Shown here: piece after piece, positions 1-10,402 of the stretch | Layout of the letters: every line of letters begins with the position of its first letter | How positions within the stretch are numbered: the first letter of the stretch is position 1 | Assembly (NCBI GenBank): GCA_964430375.1 | Contig: CAYSEZ010000001.1 | Span: 532 to 64,531 of the forward strand | Source: an uncultured Mycoplasma sp. | GTDB lineage: Bacteria > Bacillota_I > Bacilli_A > RF39 > UBA660 | DNA: 64,000 nucleotides | Reading direction: 5' to 3' | Program-made: the position numbers and the translations under genes | Notes under the pieces: generated by a model | Databases searched by the model: none | Told to the model about the DNA's origin: nothing | What the model saw: the letters and a program-made list of their open reading frames with translations, nothing else

Positions 1-1178
1 TCAATTGGAAAACCATATGTATCATATAAATGAAAAGCTGTTTCTCCATCTATATCGTTTCCACTTGCTATTTTCTTTTCAAATATTTTTAAACCTTTTT
101 CTAAAGTTCTATTAAATTTAATTTTTTCATTTGTTAGGACTTCAAAAACTATATCTTTATTTACTTCTAGTTCATTATAATATTTTTTATATTTATCTAT
201 AATTAAACTAGCTATTTTTATATCAAAATCACTATTAATATCTATACCTAATTTTTTAGCATATCTAATAGTTCTTCTAATTAATCTTCTTAAGATATAA
301 CCTTGATCTGTATTACTAGGCTTAATCATTGCATAATCTGCACTTATAAATACAGATGTTCTAATATGATCTGCAATTATTCTCATTTCTTTTTCATTAG
401 AAATATATGGTTTATTACTTATATTTTCTATAAGTTCTATTACATCTTTCCATATACTAGACATATAGTTGTCATTAACACCTTCAAGGATTGAAACAGT
501 TCTTTCTACTCCCATACCTGTATCTACATTTTTATTTGGAAGTGGCGTAATTGTACCATCTTCATTATGTAAATATTCCATAAATACATCGTTCCATATT
601 TCTACCCATCTATTATCATTTGCATCAAATTTATCTGGTACTTCATCATCACTTCTAAAGTAAAACATTTCAGTATCAGGTCCGCAAGGTCCAATCATTT
701 CAAAATTAGGCCAAAAGTTATCTTCTGTTGTTTCTACTATTTTTTCTTCTTTTATACCTAAACTTTTCCATATTTCTTTAGATTCATTATCTTTAGGAAT
801 TGAATCATTTCCTTTAAATATTGTAACTGCTAGACGTTCTACTGGAATATTAAGAACTTCAGTTAAAAATTCAAAACTCCAAGTGATTGCTTCTTTTTTA
901 AAATAATCACCAAGTGACCAGTTACCTAACATTTCAAAAAATGTATGATGAGTTGGATCTCCAACTTCTTCTAAGTCATTAGTTCTAATACATTTTTGAT
1001 AATCACATAATCTAGTACCAGATGGATGTTTTTCTCCTTTTAAATAAGGAGTAAGTGGTTGCATACCTGCAGTATTAAATAATACTGTGTTATCATTTTC
1101 AGGTACTACTGGACTACTAGGTATTTGAGTGTGTCCTTTACTTTTAAAAAAGTTTATATATAAGTCTTTTAAATTCAT
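1..1178 (-). CDS. alaS: Alanine--tRNA ligase, N-terminal ~392 codons (gene continues beyond the left edge)
   Basis: My minus-strand translation from the ATG at 1178 reads MNLKDLYINFFKSKGHTQIPSSPVVPENDNTVLFNTAGMQPLTPYLKGEKHP...QKCIRTNDLEEVGDPTHHTFFEMLGNWSLGDYFKKEAI, and near position 1 it reads AFHLYDTYGFPI. These are classic class II AlaRS core motifs. The start overlaps the upstream stop (ATGA). It is absent from the ORF track because it is truncated by the window edge. Confidence 0.88.
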   Translation of the reverse strand, partial: MNLKDLYINFFKSKGHTQIPSSPVVPENDNTVLFNTAGMQPLTPYLKGEKHPSGTRLCDYQKCIRTNDLEEVGDPTHHTFFEMLGNWSLGDYFKKEAITWSFEFLTEVLNIPVERLAVTIFKGNDSIPKDNESKEIWKSLGIKEEKIVETTEDNFWPNFEMIGPCGPDTEMFYFRSDDEVPDKFDANDNRWVEIWNDVFMEYLHNEDGTITPLPNKNVDTGMGVERTVSILEGVNDNYMSSIWKDVIELIENISNKPYISNEKEMRIIADHIRTSVFISADYAMIKPSNTDQGYILRRLIRRTIRYAKKLGIDINSDFDIKIASLIIDKYKKYYNELEVNKDIVFEVLTNEKIKFNRTLEKGLKIFEKKIASGNDIDGETAFHLYDTYGFPI

Positions 1179-1714
1179 ACTTCTTCCTCTTTTTCTATTA
1201 TTTCTATTATTTTATTTCTTAAATCATCAAGTGATCCATTATTTAAAACTTTATAATCATAGTTATCAAAGTTATCAAGTGCAATTTCAGTAAAGTGTTT
1301 TTGTTCTTTTTCTGATAACTCACTTTCAAAATCAGTTCTTTTTACATTTATAGAAACTACATCATCAAACTCTTTTTTAGGAGTTATAATTTCTATAGGT
1401 TCTCTTACATCAGATATTACAGCGATATCATAAAAGTAAGATAATACTTTAATATCTTCCATAATTCTATTTACATGAAACATAGGATCTATCTTTTTTC
1501 TAATTATTTCAGTTCCAAGTTCTTGAAGAAGGCTTCTAGGTTTAGTTTCTTCTTTTCCATCCCAACCAAAATATGTTTTAGCATAATACTTTATATAAGA
1601 TCCATATCCTATTTCACATACTTTTTTACCTCTTTTTTCATATTCTTCTTTAATAAATTCACCAATTGTACTTTTACCATTACGTGCTTTACCGCTTATT
1701 AAATATATTTTCAT
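1175..1714 (-). CDS. P-loop kinase-like protein (dNMP-kinase-like, tentative)
   Basis: N-terminal Walker A motif (ISGKARNGKST). Small 179-aa soluble protein. 4-nt overlaps with both neighbours. Confidence 0.45.
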   Translation of the reverse strand: MKIYLISGKARNGKSTIGEFIKEEYEKRGKKVCEIGYGSYIKYYAKTYFGWDGKEETKPRSLLQELGTEIIRKKIDPMFHVNRIMEDIKVLSYFYDIAVISDVREPIEIITPKKEFDDVVSINVKRTDFESELSEKEQKHFTEIALDNFDNYDYKVLNNGSLDDLRNKIIEIIEKEEEV

Positions 1715-2856
1715 TCTTCTACCTCTTTATTTTTTAATTTAACTAATAAGTCATATTTTTCATCAAAGTAATTAATTATAATTTTAATACCTGATATAAC
1801 TGGAGTAGCAAGAATCATACCGATTACTCCGAATAAATAACCAAATATTAATAGTCCAATCATAATAGTTACTGGATGTAATTTCATAGTTTTTCCCATT
1901 ATTAATGGTTGGAATACTATTGAATCAAGTTGTTGTACTACAAAGCATATAACTGCGGTTATAATTCCTACTAGAGGACTTACTGTAAATCCTACGATTG
2001 CTGCGATTCCTCCGCCTAACCATGGACCAATATATGGAATAATATTAGTAATACCACATATTAAACCAAATAACATTGGAGATGGAAGTCCTACTATTCT
2101 AAAGGCTATTGTAGATATAATAAATATAATTAATGATATTAAGAGTGTACCTGTAACAAAATCTTTAAATGTACCATCAAGTCTAGATGTTAATTCATAT
2201 ATTTCATTATGATACTTTTTAGGTACAAAGTCTAATATATGTTTTATACCATTAAAATCAATAAGTAAGTAAAAACCAATAATTAGTCCTAGTAAAAATG
2301 TTCCTATACTAGATACTAAACCAGTCATAAAATCAATTAAAAATGTAGGTAAACTAGTAGTTAAACTTAAACTAATATTTTCTATTACACTATAAATATT
2401 TTTTTCAATAGAACTTAAATCAATACCACTACTAGTGAATTTATCAAATGTATTATGTATAAAATCAGATATTTCTAAAAATAAACTAGGTAATAAACTA
2501 ATAAAATCATTAGTTTGTTTATATAACATAGGTGCTACTATTCTAAAGAATAAATAAAGTGCCACTATAAATATAAAGAATACAAATATAGATCCTATTA
2601 CTCTTTTAATACCTTTCTTTTCTAATCTTTTTACTGGACTATTTAAAAGCCATGCTACTACTATACCTATAAATAATGGAGATATAACTTTTAATATATT
2701 TAGTAATATATCAAATACTTTTAAAGTTTTACATAAATATAAACCAATTAATATAATAGCAAGTATCATAGTAATAAATAATACTTTAAGTATTTTATTA
2801 CTTAATGATATACAATCATTTAATTTTTCATAATCAATTTCTTTTTTCTTTTTCAT
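1711..2856 (-). CDS. AI-2E family transporter (PerM/UPF0118)
   Basis: Polytopic membrane protein. Conserved C-terminal block GLPSPMLFGLICGITNIIPYIGPWLGGGIAAIVGF is typical of the AI-2E/UPF0118 family. Confidence 0.8.
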   Translation of the reverse strand: MKKKKEIDYEKLNDCISLSNKILKVLFITMILAIILIGLYLCKTLKVFDILLNILKVISPLFIGIVVAWLLNSPVKRLEKKGIKRVIGSIFVFFIFIVALYLFFRIVAPMLYKQTNDFISLLPSLFLEISDFIHNTFDKFTSSGIDLSSIEKNIYSVIENISLSLTTSLPTFLIDFMTGLVSSIGTFLLGLIIGFYLLIDFNGIKHILDFVPKKYHNEIYELTSRLDGTFKDFVTGTLLISLIIFIISTIAFRIVGLPSPMLFGLICGITNIIPYIGPWLGGGIAAIVGFTVSPLVGIITAVICFVVQQLDSIVFQPLIMGKTMKLHPVTIMIGLLIFGYLFGVIGMILATPVISGIKIIINYFDEKYDLLVKLKNKEVEE

Positions 2857-2964
2857 AAATTCACCACCATAAATAAATTATAACATTTTTTATAATAATT
2901 AACTATATTTTTAAATAAATTATCTATATTTAGTATGTATATTTAAATAATATTTATTATATTT

Positions 2965-3474
2965 TTAAAACATATCAATTAACTCATCTAATTTATCAAT
3001 AACTAAAAAACCTTTACTATTTCTTTTTTTAGAAAATCTAACAGGTATTCCGCCTTCTTTTTCCCATTCTCTTAAGTTTAAAGAATAATCATCTACTAAA
3101 ATAGAATCTTTAGTATGGACCATTTTAGTTTTAGATATTTGTTTAGGAACGGGTATTATAGTTATATCATTAAGATGTTTTCTAATATATTTTACTTTTG
3201 CTACTGCTTCTTCTAAGGATGTTATATGAGTTAATATATTAATATTAAATTTATCACTATCAATTATTTTTTTTATGCAATTAATGCTATCATTTATAAT
3301 TAAATCATCGTTAATTAATAAATGCCAATTATAATTTTTAAAAAATTCTCTTTTGGATTCTTCAGTTGATAAATCTATACCTTTATTTTTTAAATTTTCA
3401 ATCTCTTTATATAATACATCTATAGTATCAAGTACTACTCCATCAAAATCAATATATAAATTTTTTCTTTCCAT
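2965..3474 (-). CDS. HAD-superfamily hydrolase, 5'(3')-deoxyribonucleotidase-like
   Basis: HAD motif I at the N-terminus (LYIDFDGVVLDT). Size and layout resemble NT5C/YorS-type nucleotidases. Confidence 0.45.
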   Translation of the reverse strand: MERKNLYIDFDGVVLDTIDVLYKEIENLKNKGIDLSTEESKREFFKNYNWHLLINDDLIINDSINCIKKIIDSDKFNINILTHITSLEEAVAKVKYIRKHLNDITIIPVPKQISKTKMVHTKDSILVDDYSLNLREWEKEGGIPVRFSKKRNSKGFLVIDKLDELIDMF

Positions 3475-3531
3475 TTTATCACCTTCTTAAGATAAGTATA
3501 TGTCAAAAAAAAGAAAAAGACAATCTTTTTC

Positions 3532-5058
3532 TTATTTACAAGTATTTACAGTAACTTTATTTTCTCTAGTTTTACCTGTTTTTGTCCATCCAGTTAAACT
3601 AGTTTTACTAGACCATGTATATTCAATGCTATTAACTGTTTTATATGAAACAGAAGGGTTTTTAGTTACTGTTTTAGTTACATCTTTATAACAAGTTGAT
3701 CCTATTCTGTCATAACCAGAATCACATTTGTATCCAGATATAACTTTTTTAGTAGTTTTACATACACCATCTACTGGATTTGTACCATCTTTACATATTA
3801 AATATTTTTCTTCGTGTGATTCAGTTAATTTAGTTCTTGTTTTAGTATGATATAAATACTTATAACTAATTTCAAAAGTTGCTTCAGTTTCATATCCAAT
3901 AAATGTTTTCTTTTTACCATATACATTAATAGTTTGTTCAGTTACGTTACATACTGCTTTTAACTGACTTTCAGATCTAGACTCTTCTTTTATTGTCCTA
4001 GTATAAACATCAACTAAATAATATGGTTTTAAAGTACAAGTTGAACTACAAGATTCAAAATCCATACCTTTTACTACATACATAGTATCATAAGTATTAT
4101 CAGGTACGTAACTCATCTTTTTATTAGATGTTTTTAATACCCAATTTGATGCTTGATAAGTAGTTCCTCCATCAGTTCTAAAATAACTATAATCAGAACA
4201 TAAATATTGTTTATAAGTACCTACTAAATTATCATATGTTTCTTGATAAATAGGTTTAGAAGTATCTTGTTTAGTTGTTTTTTTAGTTATCTTTTTAGCA
4301 CCATTTTTTTCATTCCAAACTAATTCACTTTTACCCCAAGTAATATTGTTATTATCTGGATCATATTCTTTATTTTCACTCCAAGAAGACCAATCACTAT
4401 AAGTTGCTTCTACTGTTTTTGTCTTTTCAATTGGAGATTCTGTAACTACTTTTTCAGAATAAACTGGAGTAGCTTCTTTTTTTATTGTTTCTGTTACTTG
4501 TTTTTCACACTTATTAGTTTTACTATTTAATGTATAACCTTTATCACATTTGTAACTATCTACAACTTTGTTTTTTATATCTCTTTGATATTGATATTCT
4601 TTAACTAATTTTGTAGAAGTACAACTTGAATCAGAGCAAACATTACATTTATCAGTACAACCTAAATGTTCTATAATAAAGCTTTCTTCTTTTGAACATA
4701 CTAAGTTAACTTTTAATTCATATTCAGTTTCTGTTTTAGTAATTTCTACATATGAATTATTTAAATCACATTCTTTACCATATCTATCTATAAAAGGTAA
4801 AACTAAATTCATGTCTTGCATTTCTTTTAATGTAAGTTTTACTTTATCTCCGACATTTTTTGGTAATCTTTCATTTGTAAAATATGTCTCTGCTGCATCT
4901 TTCATAGAATTAATGTTATTTCTAAATACATCTTGATATAAAGGATTTAAAGATTGTTTAGTAGGAAATAACCAGACTAATACAAATATTGCTCCAATTA
5001 TGATTAAAAATTTAATTAATACTTTTACTACTACCCAAATTGGTCCTTTCTTTTCCAT
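3532..5058 (-). CDS. Membrane-anchored, cysteine-rich exported protein; paralog of the pilin-like protein at 34251..35816 but without a prepilin cleavage motif
   Basis: Single N-terminal TM (IKFLIIIGAIFVLVWLF). Head region aligns with the pilin-like protein: AETYFTNERLPK vs AKTYYTENKVELP, and NNSYVEITKTETEYELKVNLVC vs NNSYVIVEKNNSDYDYTACIKC. About 17 Cys by my count. Repeated C-x-x-G-Y/T...C hairpin motifs (YKCDKGYTLNSKTNKC, YKCDSGYDRIGSTCYK). Confidence 0.75.
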   Translation of the reverse strand: MEKKGPIWVVVKVLIKFLIIIGAIFVLVWLFPTKQSLNPLYQDVFRNNINSMKDAAETYFTNERLPKNVGDKVKLTLKEMQDMNLVLPFIDRYGKECDLNNSYVEITKTETEYELKVNLVCSKEESFIIEHLGCTDKCNVCSDSSCTSTKLVKEYQYQRDIKNKVVDSYKCDKGYTLNSKTNKCEKQVTETIKKEATPVYSEKVVTESPIEKTKTVEATYSDWSSWSENKEYDPDNNNITWGKSELVWNEKNGAKKITKKTTKQDTSKPIYQETYDNLVGTYKQYLCSDYSYFRTDGGTTYQASNWVLKTSNKKMSYVPDNTYDTMYVVKGMDFESCSSTCTLKPYYLVDVYTRTIKEESRSESQLKAVCNVTEQTINVYGKKKTFIGYETEATFEISYKYLYHTKTRTKLTESHEEKYLICKDGTNPVDGVCKTTKKVISGYKCDSGYDRIGSTCYKDVTKTVTKNPSVSYKTVNSIEYTWSSKTSLTGWTKTGKTRENKVTVNTCK

Positions 5059-5063
5059 TTATA

Positions 5064-6863
5064 TTACCCCCTTACTCTAACTAGTTCTGTTTCTAGTTCT
5101 TCTTCATCAATATACTCTTCTGTTATTGTTTCTTCATATATATATGTTGGTTCTTCTTTTACAATTGGTTCTGCTGTTACAACAGGTTCTATAGTAGGAG
5201 TCGGTTTTATTTCTTCAATATATTCTTCTTCTACTACATCACTTGAAGTATTAGAATCCATATTTGTTCTATAATTATATTCTTTAATTGCATCATTATA
5301 TGCATTGTTAATAATGTTAGTTGCACCATCATCTACACCTTTATTAAATGATGAAGAATATGAATTGCTATAAGAATTTTTAATACTATTTATAATATCA
5401 CTATAATTACTTATACTTGGTTTGTATCCATTTAATGCTACAAAATCATATACTTTATCATATAAAGAACTATTTGAGATAGCACTTAATCCTTTTCCAT
5501 AAACTTCTTCTTTTTTATTAAGATCTTCATATGTATTATTAAATTCTTCTTTTGCATCATCTTCTGCTTTTTTAACTGTTTCTTCTCCAAATTCCTTAAT
5601 AGCATCTTCTTTTGTTATAGAAGAACTATTACTATGATTACTTGAAGTAATAGTAGAATTTAAATTATTATTTAAAGTATAATCTTGACCGTATAATTCT
5701 TCTAAAATTTTAATATATCTAGCTTCAAAATTAATATCTAAATTTTCATTTTTAATATTTAATTTATCTAATATAGATGGTAATTTTTCTAATAATTCTT
5801 TATTTCTATAATTATCATCTAAAATAGAAGTAGAATCTATAACATATTTTTTTAATTTATCACAAGTTATTGTTTCATTAATTTCTACTAAAGTATCTAA
5901 TAAATCTTCATCTACAACTTTAGTAGCGTGTAATATAGGTACAATACCAGTTCCTATAAGAGATGCTGCTCCCATATTTGTAGTTTTAGGATCAGAAAGT
6001 GATGGATTTAAGAAAATGTTATTTAAAGAAGTTACTATTTTTTCTTTACTTTCTGAATCTTTATTAGAATTATATTCTAATACTAAATCTTCAAAATCTT
6101 TAAATAATTCTTTATCACTATTATCTACTAATAACTTATCTAATCCAGATGTTTCTTTAGTATATAAATAATAATAATTTATTATTCTGCAAGCTTCAGT
6201 AAATTTATCATCTAAATTAGCAAAAGTAAAATAACTACTATCTGCTCCAAAAATATATGCCATATCTTCAGGAGTTATCCTATCAGCATTAAATCTAGCA
6301 AATAAAGCTATACATTGTTCTGCAGTTAAATAAAGTCTAGCATCTTCATCAGCTTCTATTGCATATGATTCTGAAGCTATATTGTTAAAATAAGTTTGAA
6401 AATCGTAAATCATCCTCCAAGAATCTTTTTGTAATCCCTCATCTAGCTTATTTAATGCATTTAATATCTCTTTATCATCTTCTATTTCTATAATAGCAAG
6501 TTGATCTTTAGTGCTACTATTTTCATCTTTATTGCAGGCAGTTAAACCTAAAGTAATACCCCCTAAAACTATAACTGTACCAGCTGCACTATAAAGTCTA
6601 GCTTTTAGATTATTTTTATTACAATTTTTTAAAGAGTTACATACTTCAATAACCTTTTTCTTTCCTTTAATCACTTTAAAACTATTATTGTCTCTAGATT
6701 CTTTCCAAATATTAATAAAATCTGGATGTTCTTTAGAAATACTTTTAATAATATCATTTGAATTAGAATCATTTACTAAATATGTTTTACCTCTAAATCT
6801 AATTCCAATTATTTTTTTATCTTCGTGAATTAAACTAATTATATCTTTTTTATCCATAACCAA
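5064..6863 (-). CDS. Bitopic membrane protein of unknown function
   Basis: ~90-aa cytoplasmic N-domain, one TM (AAGTVIVLGGITLGLTAC), then a ~480-aa acidic, Ser/Asn-rich ectodomain. Its stop lies 5 nt before the start of the 3532..5058 gene, so the two probably form an operon. Confidence 0.7.
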   Translation of the reverse strand: MVMDKKDIISLIHEDKKIIGIRFRGKTYLVNDSNSNDIIKSISKEHPDFINIWKESRDNNSFKVIKGKKKVIEVCNSLKNCNKNNLKARLYSAAGTVIVLGGITLGLTACNKDENSSTKDQLAIIEIEDDKEILNALNKLDEGLQKDSWRMIYDFQTYFNNIASESYAIEADEDARLYLTAEQCIALFARFNADRITPEDMAYIFGADSSYFTFANLDDKFTEACRIINYYYLYTKETSGLDKLLVDNSDKELFKDFEDLVLEYNSNKDSESKEKIVTSLNNIFLNPSLSDPKTTNMGAASLIGTGIVPILHATKVVDEDLLDTLVEINETITCDKLKKYVIDSTSILDDNYRNKELLEKLPSILDKLNIKNENLDINFEARYIKILEELYGQDYTLNNNLNSTITSSNHSNSSSITKEDAIKEFGEETVKKAEDDAKEEFNNTYEDLNKKEEVYGKGLSAISNSSLYDKVYDFVALNGYKPSISNYSDIINSIKNSYSNSYSSSFNKGVDDGATNIINNAYNDAIKEYNYRTNMDSNTSSDVVEEEYIEEIKPTPTIEPVVTAEPIVKEEPTYIYEETITEEYIDEEELETELVRVRG

Positions 6864-6893
6864 GACTCCCCTTTCTTTTTTTAGGATGGCTAT

Positions 6894-6922
6894 ATTATAA
6901 CATATATATCGGATATTGTCAA
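6894..6922 (-). promoter_or_regulatory. Consensus sigma-A-type promoter for the 5064..6863 / 3532..5058 operon
   Basis: On the minus strand it reads TTGACA-N17-TATAAT (TTGACAATATCCGATATATATGTTATAAT), with a TGn extended -10 element. It lies ~30 nt upstream of the ORF start. Confidence 0.6.
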
Positions 6923-6995
6923 ATTATTAACTAAAAATTTTATAATTATATATATAAAAAGATTAACTAATATAATTAATCTTTCACATTTAAAT

Positions 6996-7625
6996 TTATT
7001 TCATATAAAATACTTCTAATTTATTATCATTATGTAACATTTTTACAGTTACTTCTTCTGGATAACCCAAATCTTTTTTATAACTTACTTTAACCTTTAC
7101 AATATAAGCATTATCATCTTCTATTTCATTATAATTATAATTATTAGTTCTTACGCTGTCTACTTCAACTGTTTCCACCTCTGGTAGTTCTTGCTTTCTA
7201 TCACCATACACATTGTGTTCTACATACTTATAAACAGTTTCGGTTGCCTCATAAACAAAGTTTTTTCTATAGTCGCTTAATATAAATTCAGTTCCTCCGA
7301 CATCATTTTTAGATACTTTGTTATCTAAATTATAAAAGTCAAATACTAACATCATAGCAACTAATTTAGCATATTCTTCTTCGTTTACTTCTTCTTCATT
7401 TAATACTTTAATAAGTTCATTAAATAATTCTTTATATTCTTTTGGTGCATCATCTTCTAGAGTATAACCATAATCTTTTATTTCTTCTACTACTTTAGAA
7501 GTTGTTGTAGTATTACTATTATTAAATCTTTTATAAACAAAATAACCTCCGATAAGTAATAGAATTACTAATATTATAATAACTACAATCTTAAAAGTCT
7601 TTTTTACTTTCTTTTTTACTCTCAT
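6996..7625 (-). CDS. Membrane-anchored protein of unknown function
   Basis: N-terminal basic stretch plus TM (FKIVVIIILVILLLIGGYFVY). 4-nt overlap with the upstream LtaS-family gene. Confidence 0.65.
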   Translation of the reverse strand: MRVKKKVKKTFKIVVIIILVILLLIGGYFVYKRFNNSNTTTTSKVVEEIKDYGYTLEDDAPKEYKELFNELIKVLNEEEVNEEEYAKLVAMMLVFDFYNLDNKVSKNDVGGTEFILSDYRKNFVYEATETVYKYVEHNVYGDRKQELPEVETVEVDSVRTNNYNYNEIEDDNAYIVKVKVSYKKDLGYPEEVTVKMLHNDNKLEVFYMK

Positions 7626-9610
7626 TTTTCCACCTCATATTTTTCATTAGATAATTTTTTACCAAAATAATTATATATAATTACATTATTAGAAATATTT
7701 AGTTTTTGTTCTGCGACTAATTTATTATTTTCTATATATGATTCTGTTAATGGAGTATCTGTTAGTACTTTATATTCATTTTTTGAATCATTATAGTAAA
7801 CATAATTAGTTAGGAAATTACCGTTAGGGAATACTACTATGTTATCATTTTGTTTATTAAATATATCAGATCCTACTGCATAATTTGTTTCTATTCCTAA
7901 CATATTACCAAGTGTAGGAAGAACGTCATACATTCCCATTGCAGTACTAACAGTAGTATTTACTTTACTATCTTTACTCCATATAATAAATGGTACACTT
8001 CTATTTAATTCATTTTCATAGTAATCATAATCTATATAATTATCATCTAATTTAGTTTTAATTATATCACTACTTTCATCATAATTAAAGTATTCTTCCC
8101 ATAAATTAGAATTAATTCTTGCATCATGATCTCCATATATAACAATAATTGTATTATCTAGTAATCCATTTTTATCTAATTCATCAATTAAAAGTCCTAT
8201 TTGACTATCTGCATAATTTACTGATACAAAGTAATCTCCTAGTTTTGTGTCTTTTAAAAATTCATAACCACTTTCTCCATATAAATCTTCAAAAGATGTA
8301 AAGTGTTCATCATAACTAAATGGTGTATGGTTACTTAATGTAATCATTGTACCATAGAATTTATCATAAGTATTTGCTATTTCTTTTATGTACTCTACTG
8401 ACTGAAGCATAAATGATTTATCAGAAAGTCCAAAACCAATTGTTTCATCTATATCATAAGAAGCTTTTTCATAAAAATAATCATAACCTAAACTATTATA
8501 CATTAAATTCCTATTCCAAAAATCTCCATTATTGGCGTGCATAGAAAATGTATAATATCCTTTTTCTTTTAAAAGTGAATACATAGTTATGTAACTACTA
8601 TTATAATAGTTATTAAATACTGTACCTATTTTAACAGGAAGTAGTGATGTTGCATAAGTAAATTCTGTATCACTACTAGTACCAAAACTTACTTGTGAAT
8701 AAAAGTTATCAAAATATATTCCTTCTTTTGCTAGTTTGTTTAAGTTTGGAGATATTTCTACTCCATTAATTTTTCTATTAATTACTACATTTTGCATACT
8801 TTCTGCGTGTATTGCAATAACGTTTTTACCTTCAAAAATATTACTCATTTCATTTTTGTTTTCTTTATCTTTGTTATCATAATATTCATTTATTTCTTTA
8901 TATGCTTTATCTGTACCAAATAAAGTAACTGTTTTAGATTCAATACTTTTTACTACATCATTTACTTGATATAAATAAACACCAAACCTAGTAACAGAAT
9001 ATTCTCTATTCCATTGTGTATAAAATCTACTGTAGTCTACTCCTTTTAAAGTACATATAAATATAATAAATAGTATTAATACATAGTAATATATTGTTTT
9101 ATATATAGTTTTCTTTTTATAAGATTTATTATTACTTTTATGTTTTTTATTCATAAAATATAGAAATATAGGAAACCATATAAATATAAAATACTTAATA
9201 TTAAGTAAATTACCTAGTACATTAGCATCTCCTGTTTCATGGTTAGTAATTATAAATGATATAAATGTAATTGATATAAAACTACTGTAATAACTATAAT
9301 AAACTATATTAGATATACATATAATTACAGAAAGTATTGACATAATATATAAGTAAATAATACCTTTTTCTTTTTTAAATGAAAAGTAAAATGAAGCAAA
9401 TATTATAGATATAAATAAATCTGCTAGAAAAGGAGTAATTGCATAGAAATTACCTACTGTAAAAGTTCTAAGTAATATACCATTAATAAGTGATCCTAGT
9501 ATGTAATAAAATACTATTTTGTTTTCTTTATATATAGTTTTTAATTTAGAAAAGTTATCTAAAAATTTAGTTTTTGTATTTTTATATAATTTTTTTATTT
9601 TTTGTTTCAT
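7622..9610 (-). CDS. ltaS: LTA synthase family protein (polytopic N-domain plus sulfatase-type ectodomain)
   Basis: Five or so N-terminal TMs followed by a sulfatase/alkaline-phosphatase-like domain, with the blocks AIHAESMQ, GTSSDTEF, LSNHTPF and IYGDHD that are typical of LtaS. Confidence 0.85.
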   Translation of the reverse strand: MKQKIKKLYKNTKTKFLDNFSKLKTIYKENKIVFYYILGSLINGILLRTFTVGNFYAITPFLADLFISIIFASFYFSFKKEKGIIYLYIMSILSVIICISNIVYYSYYSSFISITFISFIITNHETGDANVLGNLLNIKYFIFIWFPIFLYFMNKKHKSNNKSYKKKTIYKTIYYYVLILFIIFICTLKGVDYSRFYTQWNREYSVTRFGVYLYQVNDVVKSIESKTVTLFGTDKAYKEINEYYDNKDKENKNEMSNIFEGKNVIAIHAESMQNVVINRKINGVEISPNLNKLAKEGIYFDNFYSQVSFGTSSDTEFTYATSLLPVKIGTVFNNYYNSSYITMYSLLKEKGYYTFSMHANNGDFWNRNLMYNSLGYDYFYEKASYDIDETIGFGLSDKSFMLQSVEYIKEIANTYDKFYGTMITLSNHTPFSYDEHFTSFEDLYGESGYEFLKDTKLGDYFVSVNYADSQIGLLIDELDKNGLLDNTIIVIYGDHDARINSNLWEEYFNYDESSDIIKTKLDDNYIDYDYYENELNRSVPFIIWSKDSKVNTTVSTAMGMYDVLPTLGNMLGIETNYAVGSDIFNKQNDNIVVFPNGNFLTNYVYYNDSKNEYKVLTDTPLTESYIENNKLVAEQKLNISNNVIIYNYFGKKLSNEKYEVEK

Positions 9611-9619
9611 AAATACTCC

Positions 9620-10402
9620 TTAATCATTTTGATATTTATTTATATTAATAGCCATACCTAGTACAAATAAATATGATAGAAAATATATCCAAGTAAGTAA
9701 TATTAATATATTAGCAAAGTTACCATATAATACATCATATTTAGCAATATTTGTAATATAAAAAGCAAAAAGTTCTGTTACTATTATCCAACTAAAAGTA
9801 GTAAAAAGTGCTCCAAGAGTGGTATTACTACTTTTTATTTTTTTATTTGGAGATATTGTATATAATAGTTTTATATTAATAAATATATAAATAAATGAAA
9901 GTGCCCATTTAATTAATTTATATAAGAAATTAGATATATAAACTTTTCCAAATATATATTTTACTAATAAGTCTCCAAAGACTGGGATTGCTATCATAAA
10001 TATCATAAGTAATATGATAATAAATATCATTACTACTGATTTAACTCTAGAGCTTATAAAATTAGGTTGTTCTATGTTATATAAAGCATTTGATGCATAT
10101 ATTATTGCAACTGGTCCATTTAAAGCAAGCATAATATAAAATACTATTAATATTCCAAGAGCACTATAATCTATGTTAATTAATTCTCTAATTATATCTC
10201 CGAAAACTACTGGTAAATTGTTTTCTATAATACTTAATAAATCAAAGTTTTTTATTACTAAACCCGCTACAAAGGAAAGTAATAGAAGTATTGGGACAAA
10301 TGACATAAGTAAATTAAATGCAATTTGTCCCGGTAATATTTTAAGTTCTGGTTTATTTAGTATTAAAAGTAATTTATTAAATGTTTTTTTTATTTTTTTC
10401 AT
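9620..10402 (-). CDS. YihY/BrkB (virulence factor BrkB / RNase BN-like) family membrane protein
   Basis: Six-TM protein with an N-terminal LPGQIAFNLLMSFVPILLLL block characteristic of the YihY family. Confidence 0.72.
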   Translation of the reverse strand: MKKIKKTFNKLLLILNKPELKILPGQIAFNLLMSFVPILLLLSFVAGLVIKNFDLLSIIENNLPVVFGDIIRELINIDYSALGILIVFYIMLALNGPVAIIYASNALYNIEQPNFISSRVKSVVMIFIIILLMIFMIAIPVFGDLLVKYIFGKVYISNFLYKLIKWALSFIYIFINIKLLYTISPNKKIKSSNTTLGALFTTFSWIIVTELFAFYITNIAKYDVLYGNFANILILLTWIYFLSYLFVLGMAININKYQND

